This document shows, one piece after another, positions 15,866 through 32,868 of a stretch of 64,000 nucleotides of DNA. The position numbers and the translations under genes were made by a program. Source of the stretch: the human T2T-CHM13v2.0 reference genome, Homo sapiens; NCBI RefSeq assembly GCF_009914755.1, contig NC_060931.1; one strand, 5' to 3'. Numbering within the stretch: position 1 is the stretch's first letter; every line of letters starts with the position of its first letter. A model generated the notes under the pieces. It was not told where the DNA came from. It made no database searches and saw only the letters and a program-made list of their open reading frames with translations.

Positions 15866-16893
15866 GGGGGTGGAGCCAAGATGGCCAAATAGGAACAGCT
15901 CCAGTCTACAGCTCCCAGCATGAGAGATGCAGAAGACGGGTGATTTCTGCATTTCCAACTGAGGTACTGGGTTCATCTCATGGGGGAGTGCCGGAGAGTG
16001 GGTGCAGGACAGTGGGTGCAGTGCACTGTGCGTGAGCTGAAGCAGAGCGAGGCATCACCTCACCTGGGAAGTGCAAGGGGTCAGGGAATTCCCTTTCCTA
16101 GTCAAAGAGAGGGGTGACAGAAGGCACCTGGAAAATCGGGTCACTCCCACCCTAATGCTGCACTCTTCCAACGGGCTTAACAAACGGCACACCAGGAGAT
16201 TATACCCCGCACATGGCTCGGAAGGCCCTATGCCCACGGAGCCTCGCTGATTGCTAGCACAGCAGCCTGAGATCAAACTGCAAGGCGGCAGCGAGGCTGG
16301 GGGAGGGGTGCCCGCCATTGCTCAAAATTGAGTAGGTAAACAAAGCGGCCAGGAACCTCGAACTGGGTGGAACCCACCACAGCTCAAGGAGGCCTGCCTG
16401 CCTCTGTAGGCTCCACCTCTGGGGGCAGGGCACAGACAAACAAAAGACAGCAATAACCTCTGCAGTCTTAAATGTCCCTGTCTGACAGCTTTGAAGAGAG
16501 TAGTTGTTCTCCCAGCACGCAGCTTGAGATCTGAGAACGGGCAGATTGCCTCCTCAAGTGGGTCCCTGACCACCGAGTAGCCTAACTGGGAGGCACCCCC
16601 CAGTAGGGGCAGACTGACACCTCACACAGCCGGGTACTCCTCTGAGACAAAACTTCCAGAGGAATGATCAGGCAGCAGCATTTGTGGTTCACCAATATCT
16701 GCTGTTCTGCAGCCACCGCTGCTGATACCCAGGCAAACAGGGTCTGGAGTGGACCTCTAGTAAACTCCAACAGACCTGCAGCTGAGGGTCCTGACTGTTA
16801 GAAGGAAAACTAAAAAACAGAAAGGACATCCACACCAAAAACCCATCTGTACGTCACCATCATCAAAGACCAAAGGTAGATAAAACCACAAAG
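15866..16893 (+). promoter_or_regulatory. L1 5'UTR internal sense/antisense promoter; YY1 site at 15877-15886
   Basis: CAAGATGGCC intact; many CpGs decayed to TG/CA; retains the ~128-bp segment 16641-16768 that is absent from younger L1s. Confidence 0.8.
16055..16318 (-). CDS. ORF0: LINE-1 ORF0 homolog (antisense ORF in the 5'UTR), 87 aa, expression unknown
   Basis: MAGTPPPASLPPCSLISGCCASNQRGSVG matches the recalled L1HS ORF0 start MAGAPPPASLPPCSLISDCCASNQRDSVG; ATG at element position ~453. Confidence 0.7.
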   Translation of the reverse strand: MAGTPPPASLPPCSLISGCCASNQRGSVGIGPSEPCAGYNLLVCRLLSPLEECSIRVGVTRFSRCLLSPLSLTRKGNSLTPCTSQVR

Positions 16894-17910
16894 ATGGGGA
16901 AAAAACAGAGCAGAAAAACTGGAAACTCTAAAAATCAGAGTGCCTCTCCTCCTCCAAAGGAACGCAGCTCCTCACCAGCAATGGAACAAAGCTGGATGGA
17001 GAATGACTTTGACGAGTTGAAAGAGGAAGGCTTCAAAAGATCAAACTACTCCAAGCCAAAGGAGAAAGTTCAAACCAATGGCAAAGAAGATAAAAACTTT
17101 GAAAAAAAAATTAGACGAATGTCTAACTAGAATAACCAATGCAGAGAAGTCCTTAAAGGAACTGATGGAGCTGAAAATCAAGGCACGAGAACTATGTGAC
17201 GAAAGCACAAGCCTCAGTAAATGATGCAATCCACTGGAAGAAGGGTATCAACGATGGAAGATGAAATGAATGAAATGAAGTGTGAAGAGAAGTTTAGAGA
17301 GAAAAGAATGAAAAGAAATGAACGAAGCATCCAAGAAATATGGGACTATGTGAAAAGACCAAATCTACGTCTGATTGGTGTACCTGAAAGTGATGGGGAG
17401 AATGGAACCAAGTTGGAAAACACTCTGCAGGATATTATCCAGGAGAACTTCCCCAGTCTAGTGAGACAGGCCAACATTCAAATTCAGGAAATACAGAGAA
17501 AGCCACAAAGATACTCCTCGAGAAGAGCAACTCCAAGACACATAATTGTCAGATTCACCAAAGTTGAAATGAAGGAAAAAGTGTTAAGGGCAGCCAGAGA
17601 GAAAGGTCGGGTTACCCACAAAGGGAAGCCCATCAGACTAACAGCTGATCTCTCGGCAGAAACTCTGCAAGCCAGAAGAGAGTGGGGGCCAATATTCAAC
17701 ATTCTTAAAGAAAAGAATTTTCAACCCAGAATTTCATATCCAGCCAAACTAAGCTTCATAAGTGAAGGAGAAATAAAATACTTTACAGACAAGCAAATGC
17801 TGAGAGATTTTGTCACCACCAGGCCTGCCCTAAAAGAGCTCCTGAAGGAAGCACTAAACATGCAAAGGAACAACTGGTACCAGCCACTGCAAAAACATGC
17901 CAAATTGTAA
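16894..17910 (+). pseudogene. L1 ORF1p, disrupted
   Basis: MGKKQSRKTGNSKNQSASPPPKERSSSP...QPLQKHAKL; 1017-nt span, but broken by a +1 shift in the A-run at ~17102-17110 and a -1 shift near 17240, with a stop at 17130. Confidence 0.93.
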
Positions 17911-17973
17911 AGACCATCAAGGCTAGGAAGAAACTGCATCAACTAAAGAGCGAAATCACCAGCTAACGTCATA

Positions 17974-21788
<3,815 letters not shown>

Positions 21789-22429
21789 GCAATGAGAACA
21801 CATGGACACAGGAGGGGAGCATCACATACTGGGGACTGTTTTGGGGTGGGGGGAGGGGGAAGGGATAGCATTAGGAGATATACCTAATGCTAAATGACAG
21901 GTTAATGGGTGCAGCACACCAACATGGCAATGTATACATATGTAACAAACCTGCATGTTGTGCACATGTATCCTAAAACTTAAAATATAATAATAATAAT
22001 AATAAACAAACTTCTTACTAAAACCAAAAAAAGTAAAAAAATAAAATAAAATAATGCCTCTCATATATAAGCAATTGATACGTATTTGCTCAGAAAATGA
22101 TGAAAGCACTTCCCTGCTTCCTTAGCAAATGGAGGCAGAATTTTTCGTGTTTAAAAAATCATTTCTTTTTTTTTTTTTTTTTTAACAATTGCCCATTCTG
22201 GTAACTTTCTAATTGGTAGAAAGTTATAAACTGATTTGCAAATTAATTTTATTAGTTTGTTTTGTGTTTTTTTTTTCTGTTTTCCAAGTGTACCACTGGT
22301 AGTATAAATAGCGGCAAGAAAAGGGGAATTTTATTTCTAGTTGCTATATTTCAAATCTGTCCTATTCTTCAATTGCCAGACACCACCTGAGTCCTACAAG
22401 CAGAACAGACTCAGAAAACAGCAATCTTT

Positions 22430-22806
22430 TCATATTTCCACAATATCATCACTCTCTAGGACACAGAGAAGGGTTGTATTTCCTGGCATTCTTGTCATTA
22501 GCTGGCATCATGAGACTGCTTCTGGCCAATGAGTTGGGAGTGAACGTGATGTCTGTCACTTCCAGACTAGAGCACTTAGTTGCTTGTTTGAGATACACCA
22601 GAATATTCTCTTCACCCTGACAGAGTAACTACCAGTATTTGAGACAGTAGTTGCCTCTCTCAGCCTGGGTTCCCATATTATTACAACAAACTGAATTCCT
22701 TAACTGGAGGAAAAGAAACCTTTTGTTGTTGAAACCACCAAAATGTTGGAGGAGTTTGTTGTTGGGCTTTTACTGACATATAACTCAGCCTGGACTGACT
22801 AACCGC
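22430..22806 (+). mobile_element. MLT1J-like MaLR LTR
   Basis: TTCTGGCCAATGAG...GTCACTTCC...CAGCCTGGGT...AAACCTTTTGTTGT...CTGACTAA. Confidence 0.65.
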
Positions 22807-25258
22807 AGCACTTACCAACCTATATTGTAATTTGTATATCAAGATGCATGTTTCTGTATCCAGTGTTTATGTTCTAAGTTTCTGGAAACCAGGAAGTAAA
22901 ACTCATTCGTCTTTGATCTTCATTACAAGTGCTTGGAAGAGAGTGGATCTCAGTAATCACTCCTTGCCACAGTTAGAAGAATAATAATTAAGATGATTAG
23001 AGTCAGAGACTTGACACAAGACATAATATTAAAGAAATCTGATTTGTACAATCATGCAAAAAAAATCGGGTGCTAGAAAAGTTTTAGGGTAGGTAGTATA
23101 AAATCCATCTTCACTTACTACATAAGGATTATCTCTTACGTAGAGTAGTAGTTCTCCAGAACAGTAGAAAGTAAAGGCTGAAAAAGAAAGAAAAGTATTT
23201 TCAGGTAATACCAGCAATTCTGTGGCCTATGTCATTTATCCTATGGCAAATTTTAAAAAGTCTAATAATGCCTGTGGGACTATCTCAGATATAAACTTCA
23301 TCTGTTCAGAATATCTGAGCAAAAACAGGAAAAGTCAGGACCACAGAACTAGAAGACAAATTTTACTTAGAATATACAGTTTTAGAAAACAATGTGTATC
23401 AGTAAATTAAAGCTATAAATAGGCATAATTTATTCATTGAAAAAGAAAAATTTTAACAATTATAGCTCATCAATAATTGAATAAGTTTCTCTGAGAGGTA
23501 GGGGACTAATTGTCTGGGTTGATTTAAAAGGTTTTTATGTTCAGTATGTGTTTTGCAGTATAGCATCTAAGATGCCTGCTAAATCTGAGAATGTATGAGT
23601 CTATGTTTCAATTTAAATGGCTCAAAGGAATCATGCCTATTTTGGGGTCTCTTCATGAGTTTATAAGAATTAAGATTTCAAATTCTATCCTTTGGATTAA
23701 GTCAGGTTGTAGCTAGCTGTACTTGTTTAAGTCTCACCCCTCTACTTTGTACCCAGAGGTGTTCAGTAAGTTTGGTGATTGAATCATGTATAATCATGTA
23801 GTAATAATATGATGGGGCATTTAATAAAAATAATGTGTCTCACATTTAAAGAATGATCTTATTCAATTTTAATCATGTACAAATTTCCACACTAGAGTAT
23901 GTAGAGGCTGAATTTCATTATTTGAAAGTTGCTTCCAAGCATAGGCACTGGGGGCTTTATTCTTCCTCCTTATCTTCTCATTTAAGGATTCTAATCTCAG
24001 GCTCCCGAAAGTTTCTTCAGTATTATAAAGGGTACTGTCCCAAATGGGTATTTTGTATATAGCTCAGCAAAGTCTACATACATGGATGAATGTCACATGT
24101 GGCCAGTGATCGGTATTGGCAGGATGCTGTTCTCAGCTTAAGGTTTTTACAAAAGAGTTACCAGAGAGGAAAAATTAATATGGTTCTCATCACATCTTAC
24201 CTTTTGAGCTCTCTTAAATGGGAAATAGCTAGAATAGATAAATGGTTCTGATCACAGAATCTTCCCTGTAACTGATGATACTATCCCACTGCCTTTTCTT
24301 GCCTCTCATCGGGATCTTAAAATTTCTTGATGGTTAATATCAGCCCTACTCTGTAGCCCCATCCCTTGGTCCTGCAGAGACTAAGCATGCTCATAATCCA
24401 AGTTCTCTGATTCTTCTGCGAGGTTTTTTTTTTTCCTTTTTCTAATGAAATAAATAAGGCTATTGCTGTCCAAATGATAATTTCTGACTGGGTTCTAAGA
24501 ATCTATTTTGGAAGTTGAATTTAAAAAAAAACAAACTAAAACTAAATTAAATATTTACTTCTTAATTTTATATTTCCATTAAACATTCCTAATTTCCTGA
24601 GGCCTCAGAATGAGAAAAAGAACTAAAAGCAGGTAATCAGAACAGAAAAGCTGAAAGATTAATTGTTTTACTACAACTATAGATCTTAATATAACTATGT
24701 AGAACGAGCAATGTATTTTCATCATTGTATTCTTGCAGTCTTGCAGAGTACATACCTTATAGTGGAGATTTATAATCATATATTACATACATAAATTATT
24801 TAGATAAGAATGGCAATTTAGTAATAGTAATTATAAGGAAGGAGGGACATTATCAACCAAAAAATAAACACTATAAATGCTTAAAATACATTACGTTTTT
24901 TAAATAATATAGGGGACCTCTGAAATGTTTACTCCGGAAAATTGATGCCTAACAAATCATAAGAAAAATAAATCTAATTGACAAAGTATATAAAACTTGT
25001 GACAAAATTTGTTAGAGAAACATTTTAGAGTAAGTTTAGAAATCATGTAAATTTATTAATTAAAACACAGATATCAAATACCTTTATTTCTTAATCAATT
25101 ATTGTGTAATATTACACAGTATTGGAAGATAAATACATCTCATTGATTCAGTTTATGAATGTATTCAATTTTAGATGAAGTTACTAAAGCATTCTCATGT
25201 AATTGATCTTCATATAGTCTAAAATATTTTCTAGATTTTCGCCTACCACTAGTGGTCT

Positions 25259-25260
<2 letters not shown>

Positions 25261-25288
<28 letters not shown>
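25261..25288 (+). repeat. (GA)n microsatellite
   Basis: Read directly from sequence. Confidence 0.9.
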
Positions 25289-25295
<7 letters not shown>

Positions 25296-25439
25296 TCAGA
25301 TGAGGCACCATACTAAGATATGATTCTTTTCTGGATAGTGAAGAGGTAAATCCATGACTCCTGTGCTTCTTTATTGCTAAAGCATTTTAACATAGTATCT
25401 ATTTTGGGTATGCTTGATATTTAAATTGTGACTTACTCC

Positions 25440-26144
25440 ATACGGGGAGGCAAATTTGCCATTTAGCTATAAAACTTAAGTCTCAGACCCCCTTTCTCAC
25501 AGACAGCTGTGAGAGAATGAACATATTCTACGCCGCTTGGTGCTAGAAATATGGGCGTGATTAAAAAGAATTGAGGTGTGAAATGCATAGAATCATAAGC
25601 TCGTCTAGAAAATTCTTCCAGTTATCCAATGTGTAAGCCTGGAAATGAAGGATGTGGTGATCATCAAAAACCCATCAAATATCAGTGATAATAAGCACAT
25701 TTTGATCAGCCTAGAAAATAGACTTTCTTTTTTTCTTTATTGAACAGATATTTTTAAATTGTTGTAATATGAACAGACAATGAAGAGAATGCAGACTAAA
25801 AGGTGAGAAAAACATAGAGGTATGACAGAATAGTAATTAATAAAAATATTATCATCATTTTCTGGGTCTTGTTGTTGGTATATGTCAACATTTTAGAATA
25901 TATAATTTGTTATAATTATAATTATTATTATATTTTTGGGATGGAGTCTTCCTTTGTCACCCAGGCTGGAGTACAGTGGTGCGATCTCGGCTCACTGCAA
26001 CTTCCAATTTGTTATAATTTTTGTTTGAATTAAATATTCCAGTTCATAATTAATTTTCTCTATACTTTTTTGTATTATTTTCCATAAGGAAGGATTCCCA
26101 AATTGTTTAAGTTTTAGGACTCACAAAACCTGGATCTATCCCCT
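25440..26144 (+). mobile_element. MER115/Zaphod-like hAT-Tip100 DNA transposon
   Basis: Ends CCCAAATTGTTTAAGTTTTAGGACTCACAAAACCTGGATCTATCCCCT, similar to the recalled MER115 terminus; internal GAAGAGAATGCAGACTAAAA. Confidence 0.6.
25918..26005 (-). mobile_element. Heavily 5'-truncated Alu (last ~70 nt of right arm plus tail)
   Basis: GATGGAGTCTT...CCCAGGCTGGAGTACAGTGGTGCGATCTCGGCTCACTGCAAC; 14-bp TSD AATTTGTTATAATT at 25904-25917 and 26006-26019. Confidence 0.88.
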
Positions 26145-26779
26145 TGTACTAAATGAATGTGTATACGAATAGGCCCTTGAGGGTGACAAGATAAATAATA
26201 ATAATAATAATTCATAAACAATACATACAATAAATAAATGCAACAACTGCATACAAATACTAACTCATCTTCACACCAGAGACAAAAAGACACATTGTTA
26301 GTCCTTAAAACAACTCACTCAGCTCTTATTGACCCTTTTTAGTTCTTAATTGCCTACGTATGCTTTCCTCTTAATTCTAGGAGATTAATACTATAAACTT
26401 TCACTATAACTTGGCCATAATAGGGGAATAATTCACTCTAATATAAACATATCTTGGATCCATTCAAAGCAAGTAAGAGAAAGGGAACAGCAAATATTAT
26501 TTTATAATTTATATGAATCTTATCATCCCCCTAAAAAGGAAACATAAAAAGGAATCACTCTCTGCAGCTGTTTATGCTCATATAGAAAAAATGTTGATTA
26601 AAGCTATCATCAGGGACGATTCAATCCACCTTTCCTTTAACTTCATTCTGTCCTAACACCACCTTCAATCTCTGATTTCATCTGTATCATCACACAGACT
26701 CATCGGAATGATTCTATTGGAAATTATTTTGCTTACATTATTTTACTAAGCAGAAGTAATTCTACTAAACCTTATAGAT

Positions 26780-26956
26780 ACTCATGTAAGAGTAAACCAG
26801 TGAGTCCCAATTGATAGTAATTGACAATTTCCATGGTGTAAATATTTTCATCATGGCCAATCTCAGTATATCAATTATGTCACTAAAGGTGAAGTTGGAA
26901 AACAGGTGAACCATGGGTTCTCATGAGCCAGTAGGAGCTGGCTCCAACACACTACT
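26780..26956 (-). mobile_element. MER63A-like hAT-Blackjack MITE
   Basis: TTTCCATGGTGTAAATA...CATGGCCAAT...GAGCTGGCTCCAACACACTAC. Confidence 0.65.
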
Positions 26957-29654
26957 TCTTATACGTAGGCTCTGAAATAAATCATGTAGCTGGTAAGCTC
27001 TTTTAGAATATCATTTACATTATGTCCTTTAAAAAATAATTTAAAAAATAATTATCTAATAGTCCGTAGAAAAACATTTTGTATAGGTTCCTATCTTAAT
27101 TGGCTGCTAGTCAACAGTTTGTTCACATTTCTGTAGTGCATATTTCTCAAACAAGGTGAGTTGGGTTGAAAGCTTTACATCATCCATTAAAAATTAATAA
27201 CCCTGGCTTCTGTTATACCAGATTGTATATTCTGACCTACACTGTGTTCTATATATGTGGGTATGCAGGCATGCCAGTTTGTTTCTTGTTGAGTGCTATG
27301 TCCCCATGTTTTCTTTCAGTTCTTGTTTCTTATATGAAGCCAAATGATCTATGTTTGTCATAATAAGAAGTGCAAAGGTCCTTCGAAGCAAAAGTCATTT
27401 TTATTTAGTAAATAGAAAGCATGAATAATGAACAATACAAGAAAATTATAAAATAATTAGGAAGTGGTTCAGAGGTGCTCATTTACAACTGAGGAAATTA
27501 AAAATGCAAATGTATTATTATCACAAAGGTAGTTGACAGACAAATGAATGAAAAAAAGAGCATTCCTTCTAATTCATCATTGTTTAAAAGACACCTGTGA
27601 ATTCTAACTGGAAAAGACAAGACTGAGGAATGCAGATGGTCACATTTTGTATTATATTCATCAATTTTTTCATACTCTAATTAGAGAGTGAATCATTCTC
27701 CATAGGAAGAAGATACTGTGTATTTGAATATTTAAATAAAAGCCAGTTGATGCAGAATTCAAAATACTCCCTGTCTTTTTGTCTTTGTGACAGGGGTGGT
27801 GCAAAATTTATTTTCTTTGACTGAAGGAAATGGCTGGCAGTCTGCCCTAAAAGATCTATATTTGGATTCTGAAAATTAAATGGATTTCAATATCCTCTTT
27901 GTTCTAAGGCTGAATTTATTGTACTATGTTGTGATTTTATAAAATGTTAACCTACAAGCAAAATGTTGGCAGTGTCAGATTATTTTGTGTAAAATTAGAT
28001 GTTACTTAAATAGATTTATATGAAGATTTATTTTTTAAATCATTTAAAACACATGATTGTTTCAATATGATCATCCTAACAGTGAGATCTGTTTTAAGAG
28101 TGAGACCTATTATTTTCAATATATATACAATTTCACATTTGTAGTGACTAGGATTAGAAATGTGAAAGAAGATATAAAAATAGCTGTTTTTGTTTTTAAA
28201 TGTTGAACATATAAAGAGAAATACACCACCATATCATAGCAGAATAAGAAGCATACAAAATGTAAAGGAGGGGAAGAAAATATGCATATTAAGATTTGAA
28301 AGAGTGCATTTCTAGGCACTTAGAGATGAATAAAAGCAATTATGTTTAACTACAACAACTCGGCCATTTTCTAAAACTTTTTCTTTTGCCCAATGAAATC
28401 TCACTGTAGAATCAAACAGAAGGTAAGGCAAACAATGCAATGATTTCATACAGTCTAATAATTGTACATTTTTTATCTTTTCTTTATATGTACTGCTTAT
28501 TTGATTTTTTTACATTTCTCTTTCAATCCAAAATAGAAATCTGATAAATTATGTTTAACGCATCAAAGACAGCAGCTTTGAGCAGATTACTTTTACCAGT
28601 TTCTAGTTCAGTTCCAGGTACACTTCATAATAAATTGCTGCTCAATTGAATTTTAGTGCCACCTGCATAAGAACTTGTTTATTGGTGTGTCTTTAGGCTC
28701 CTGCTTGGTTCTTTTGCATATTATAATAAAGTAACTGAACTTTCAGTTTCTTAAACCAGCTATATGGATGGGAGAATGATTGTGACCAACTAATGAAATA
28801 TGCTTTCATATCATTCTCCTCATAGAGTCAACCATGGTATTGTCATTAAGTCTTTAATATTACCATTACACTTCTTTTCCTACAATTAATGAGGCATCCA
28901 TAACTAAGATGGATTGTTAATAGCAGAAAATGATATATGTTAACTAAATAAAGATAATTGAACAGGATCATTAGCAATGAAAAGTATTCATTTGGAAGGT
29001 TTCTCTTTCACCATGCTAGCTGACGTAAAAGACAGATTGGAGACTACATTGTATTATTTTAATGTAGACATAATATCCTAAAATTCCTTGTAAGTCTGAT
29101 AAAGTCTACTTTAAATTACACACAGGTAAAGTTATCCAACATAAACTTTTTCTAATACACTTCTATAAAATATCACTTAATGTATAATATAGCATGTAAT
29201 GAAGATATAGCTCAGACACTAAATTTAACGTAATACTGACTGGAAGCAAAAAAGTCAAGATGGAATATGACGAACTCCAACACAATTGGGCCCTAAGGCT
29301 TTTAGGCCTCTCTTTTTATTTTGCTTTGGTTTTGTTTATCTTTAGAGATATGCTGTTTCTCCTGGGACTTAAAGTGGACTCATCTTTGTGCAGTGCTGGT
29401 TTTGCCATACTCATTTCAAGTATTACAGAAATATCTCATGGTGAAAACATATGAAGTTACTTGTGATGCAATTAAGTGAAGATAAGAAAAAAAAAGCAGA
29501 GACTTACCATGTATCAGAGCCTCACTTCTTGTAATAAAGGTTTGTTTGTCTAGTGCTCTTTTGGGTATAAAATAGACTGTAGTACACCCTAGTAAAAAAC
29601 AAAACAACAACAACAAAAAACTAAATTAAAAAAAAAAAATTTGGCTTAAAAAAA

Positions 29655-29812
29655 TAAAAACAAAATGATAAATGCTTGAGATGACAGATACCCCCATTTA
29701 CCCTTATGTGATTATTACACATTATATACTTGTATCAAATGTCTCATGTACCCCATAAATATATACATATACCTACCATGTACCCATAAAAATAAAAACT
29801 TAGAAAAAGAAA
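29655..29812 (+). mobile_element. L1MA1-3-like extreme 3' end
   Basis: GATAAATGCTTGAG...TCATGTACCCCATAAATATATACA...GTACCCATAAAAATAAAAA. Confidence 0.7.
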
Positions 29813-31479
29813 AATCTATTTAGTAACAAGGCCTAGGATCCAATACTCTTCTCAAGTGATCCCACTGGTCCTTACTGTGAGAGTCAGTGCCTCCATTCTT
29901 CTACCCCACAACTCCAAGGTAGACCACTTCAGGGCAATTAGGTTCAATGAGGCCAGCTCTCAAAACCTTTTTCCAGCTTTTTGTCAAACTTAACACAGAC
30001 TCTCCACTCTCCTCTGCCAGGGTAGCCATCTGCCCTCCCATATGGGAGATCAAAACTGCCTTGTTTCTCTGCTGGAGTTTCTTCACTTCTTCAAATCGAT
30101 TTAGTTTTTCTTTTATCCCTGTGGAATGTTACCGTGAAAACTAAATCAACTTTGAGATATATATAGATAAAGAGAGAGAAAGAAACTTTGTAAACAATTA
30201 ATTAAAAGTATTTATTTTTCTTTTACAAATAATGAAATTGTGGAAAATAAAGTGAGGATATGTATTATAATTCCTGGGGAAACAACTACATTCTAATTTA
30301 TTTGATAATCTGGGTAAATTGTATGATATTTCCATGAATAAAAAAGTATTAAAAAGTCACTAGAGATGAAGTTAAAAATGTTAATATAAAAATAGTCATG
30401 GATAACATTGAAACAGTGGGTGAACCCTTAACTCTAATATAGGGTAACAACAGGCCCAGTCATATGGACAAGGTTTGCCAAACCTTCAAGTAACGCGTGA
30501 TTTAAAAGTAGTTTAAATTATACCAGAGCATGGTAAATTATCCAAATGAATAATCTCCAATTAAAGGCAGGCATGATTTTGATTCTAGAAAAAGAAAATA
30601 ACAACTTTCATCAGCACCACAACAACCAAACGACGGTTAGACCAGGTAAAAAACACTGAAGAAACATTCTGTACAACCTATTTTAGAATACAGTGAATAT
30701 TATGAACATGGAGCTTGTGATCCTTAGGAGCAAAAATCATCTTATATGTGGTAAATACTTTGCAGGACATGAAAATTAGGTAAAGTATGCCCAATTAAAC
30801 TGATAATTATTTCCTAGTTTTAATGAATAGAACATGGACATCAGCTACCAGAATCCATTTGTTAACTTTTATAAATTATCTATAATTGAGATTATTAAGC
30901 CTGTTAAAGAAAGCAAGGTAAAGAGAATAAATTATACCTGACTTTTTATAGACTCTGCCTGTATTTAAATTAATCCTTCATAATTATGCCAGAAATATAT
31001 TTTACAATTGCAGCCCTGCCCATTTGGCTTTAACTTGGCACCAAATTGCCTATAGAATACTTTTTGAATTTCTGTACATGGTATCAAATTTATACTCATG
31101 ATCTACCCTAATGTATCACTGAATATGCCATGTAAACACACCCTATCAGGTAGGCATTGTTTTATAGGAAAAAAAAATTAATACCTTAGCTGTTTTTCAA
31201 TGTTTATTGCCAGACATTTTACCTTTTAAATTTAACCATCATTTTACAGTTGTAAAATGATTACAATAATCTAGGCTTTCTTGTCATAATGAACATATTT
31301 ATATTGTACTTAATGTTCCCTATTTTCTTATCCCCTATATGGTCAGTACGGAGTTCAGGGTTAATAAATCTAAAACTCTAATTTTATCAAGTCAAATAGC
31401 TAGTCAATTGCATGTCCTCCTTTGACTTCAGTTGTTATAAAATAAACCCCCCCCAAAAAATAAAATTATAAAATTCAAA

Positions 31480-32865
31480 GATACACATTTTTTAAAAAGA
31501 GACTATGAGACTCTCATGAGTAACATGGCCATAAATTAAAACTAAAGATTTTTGTGATATGAAAATTATCCTAGAAGAATACAATTTACCAGCTAAAGAA
31601 GAAACAGGATTTGTATGGTCATATAACCATTAGTTAAACTTAATGAGTATTAAAAAACATATTTCCACAAAAGCTCAATCCAACATATCATCTTCAATGA
31701 ATTCTCAATTTGAAGGAACATGTAATTTCAATTTTATGTAAACACTTTTCAATACAATTAAAAAGAAAATATAGCAGGTTTTCCAACTCTTTTTGCCTTG
31801 ATTCCAAATCTTGAAAGGACCAGTTTAAAAAAGTTATTCTCACACAGAAAAGTTACCCTACTCAAGTATGTAGACAGAAACTCTCTTTCCTCTAGAAAAA
31901 TAAATAAATAAAAAGGCAAAATGAATCCACAACATATCAAAAAAATACTGAAAACGACATGTCATGACTAAACAGGAATGATTTAACAGTGGGAAAACCA
32001 TTTATTATATTCATTTATTATATTCCATTACAATCACAAAGTAAAGGAGAAAAATCACATAAGCATCTTAATAGATGAAGAAGACATCCTTGATAACATC
32101 TATTGATTGAAAAAAATGCAAACTTTTAGAGAAATAATAAAAAGGCATTTGTTTAAATTTAATCCAATTAAAAGGATGAAAATAAATAGCAAATAGCATA
32201 GTCAACTGTGAAACAATAAAAGCTTTTCCTTTTAAGAAGAAATAAGGAAATGATGGCCACTATCCCCATTTCTATTCAACATTAGTAATGAAAGTTGTAG
32301 CTAGCACAATAAGATTTAAAAAAAAAAACATGTAAAAATAATAAGAATCAGAAAGGGGGAAAAGAAGTCTCATTGTTCAAGGAGGTAGGTACATCATTAT
32401 GTACATAAAAGTCGAGAAAGAACATGAATAAATTATTAGAATTTATGACAGATACTAAATTAATATCTGACAGCGCCAATTGTCACTTTGTAAGTCTGAA
32501 ACAAATAGTAAAACAAAATAATAAAAAAGAATTCTATTTATATTGGCCTCAAATATGTGAATTAGTTGGATATTCAGTATATGCACATTGTGCATTGAAG
32601 ATGAGTGGGGAAAAAGATGTTTTAATAAATGTTGCTGAAACAATTAGCTCCCTATTTGAAAATAAAGATAAAAGAATATTAAAAAGAACAAAATAGAGGA
32701 AAAAAGAGAAAGAAAAAACAGAAGGAAGTAGAGGGAAAGAAAAGTATAATAAACAAACAGTAAAAAATCTAAACAAAGAAGTTGGATCTCAACATCACAC
32801 AAAATCAAAAACCAATCCCATGTAGACTGGAAACAAAAATGTGAAATTCAAATTATAAAGCTTCT
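31480..32865 (+). mobile_element. Ancient L1ME-type ORF2 remnant
   Basis: ATCTTAATAGATGAAGAAG (SIDAEK-like), CCATTTCTATTCAACATT (PLLFNI-like), TTTAATAAATGTTGCTGAAACAATTAG (FNKWCW-like). Confidence 0.6.
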
Positions 32866-32868
32866 TTT

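Noticed and set aside
22202-22226. 10-bp hairpin TAACTTTCTA-ATTGG-TAGAAAGTTA
   Set aside because: Short AT-rich stem expected by chance in 64 kb; too short for a pre-miRNA
25103-25118. 16-bp palindrome TGTGTAATATTACACA
   Set aside because: About one such palindrome is expected by chance in a window of this size
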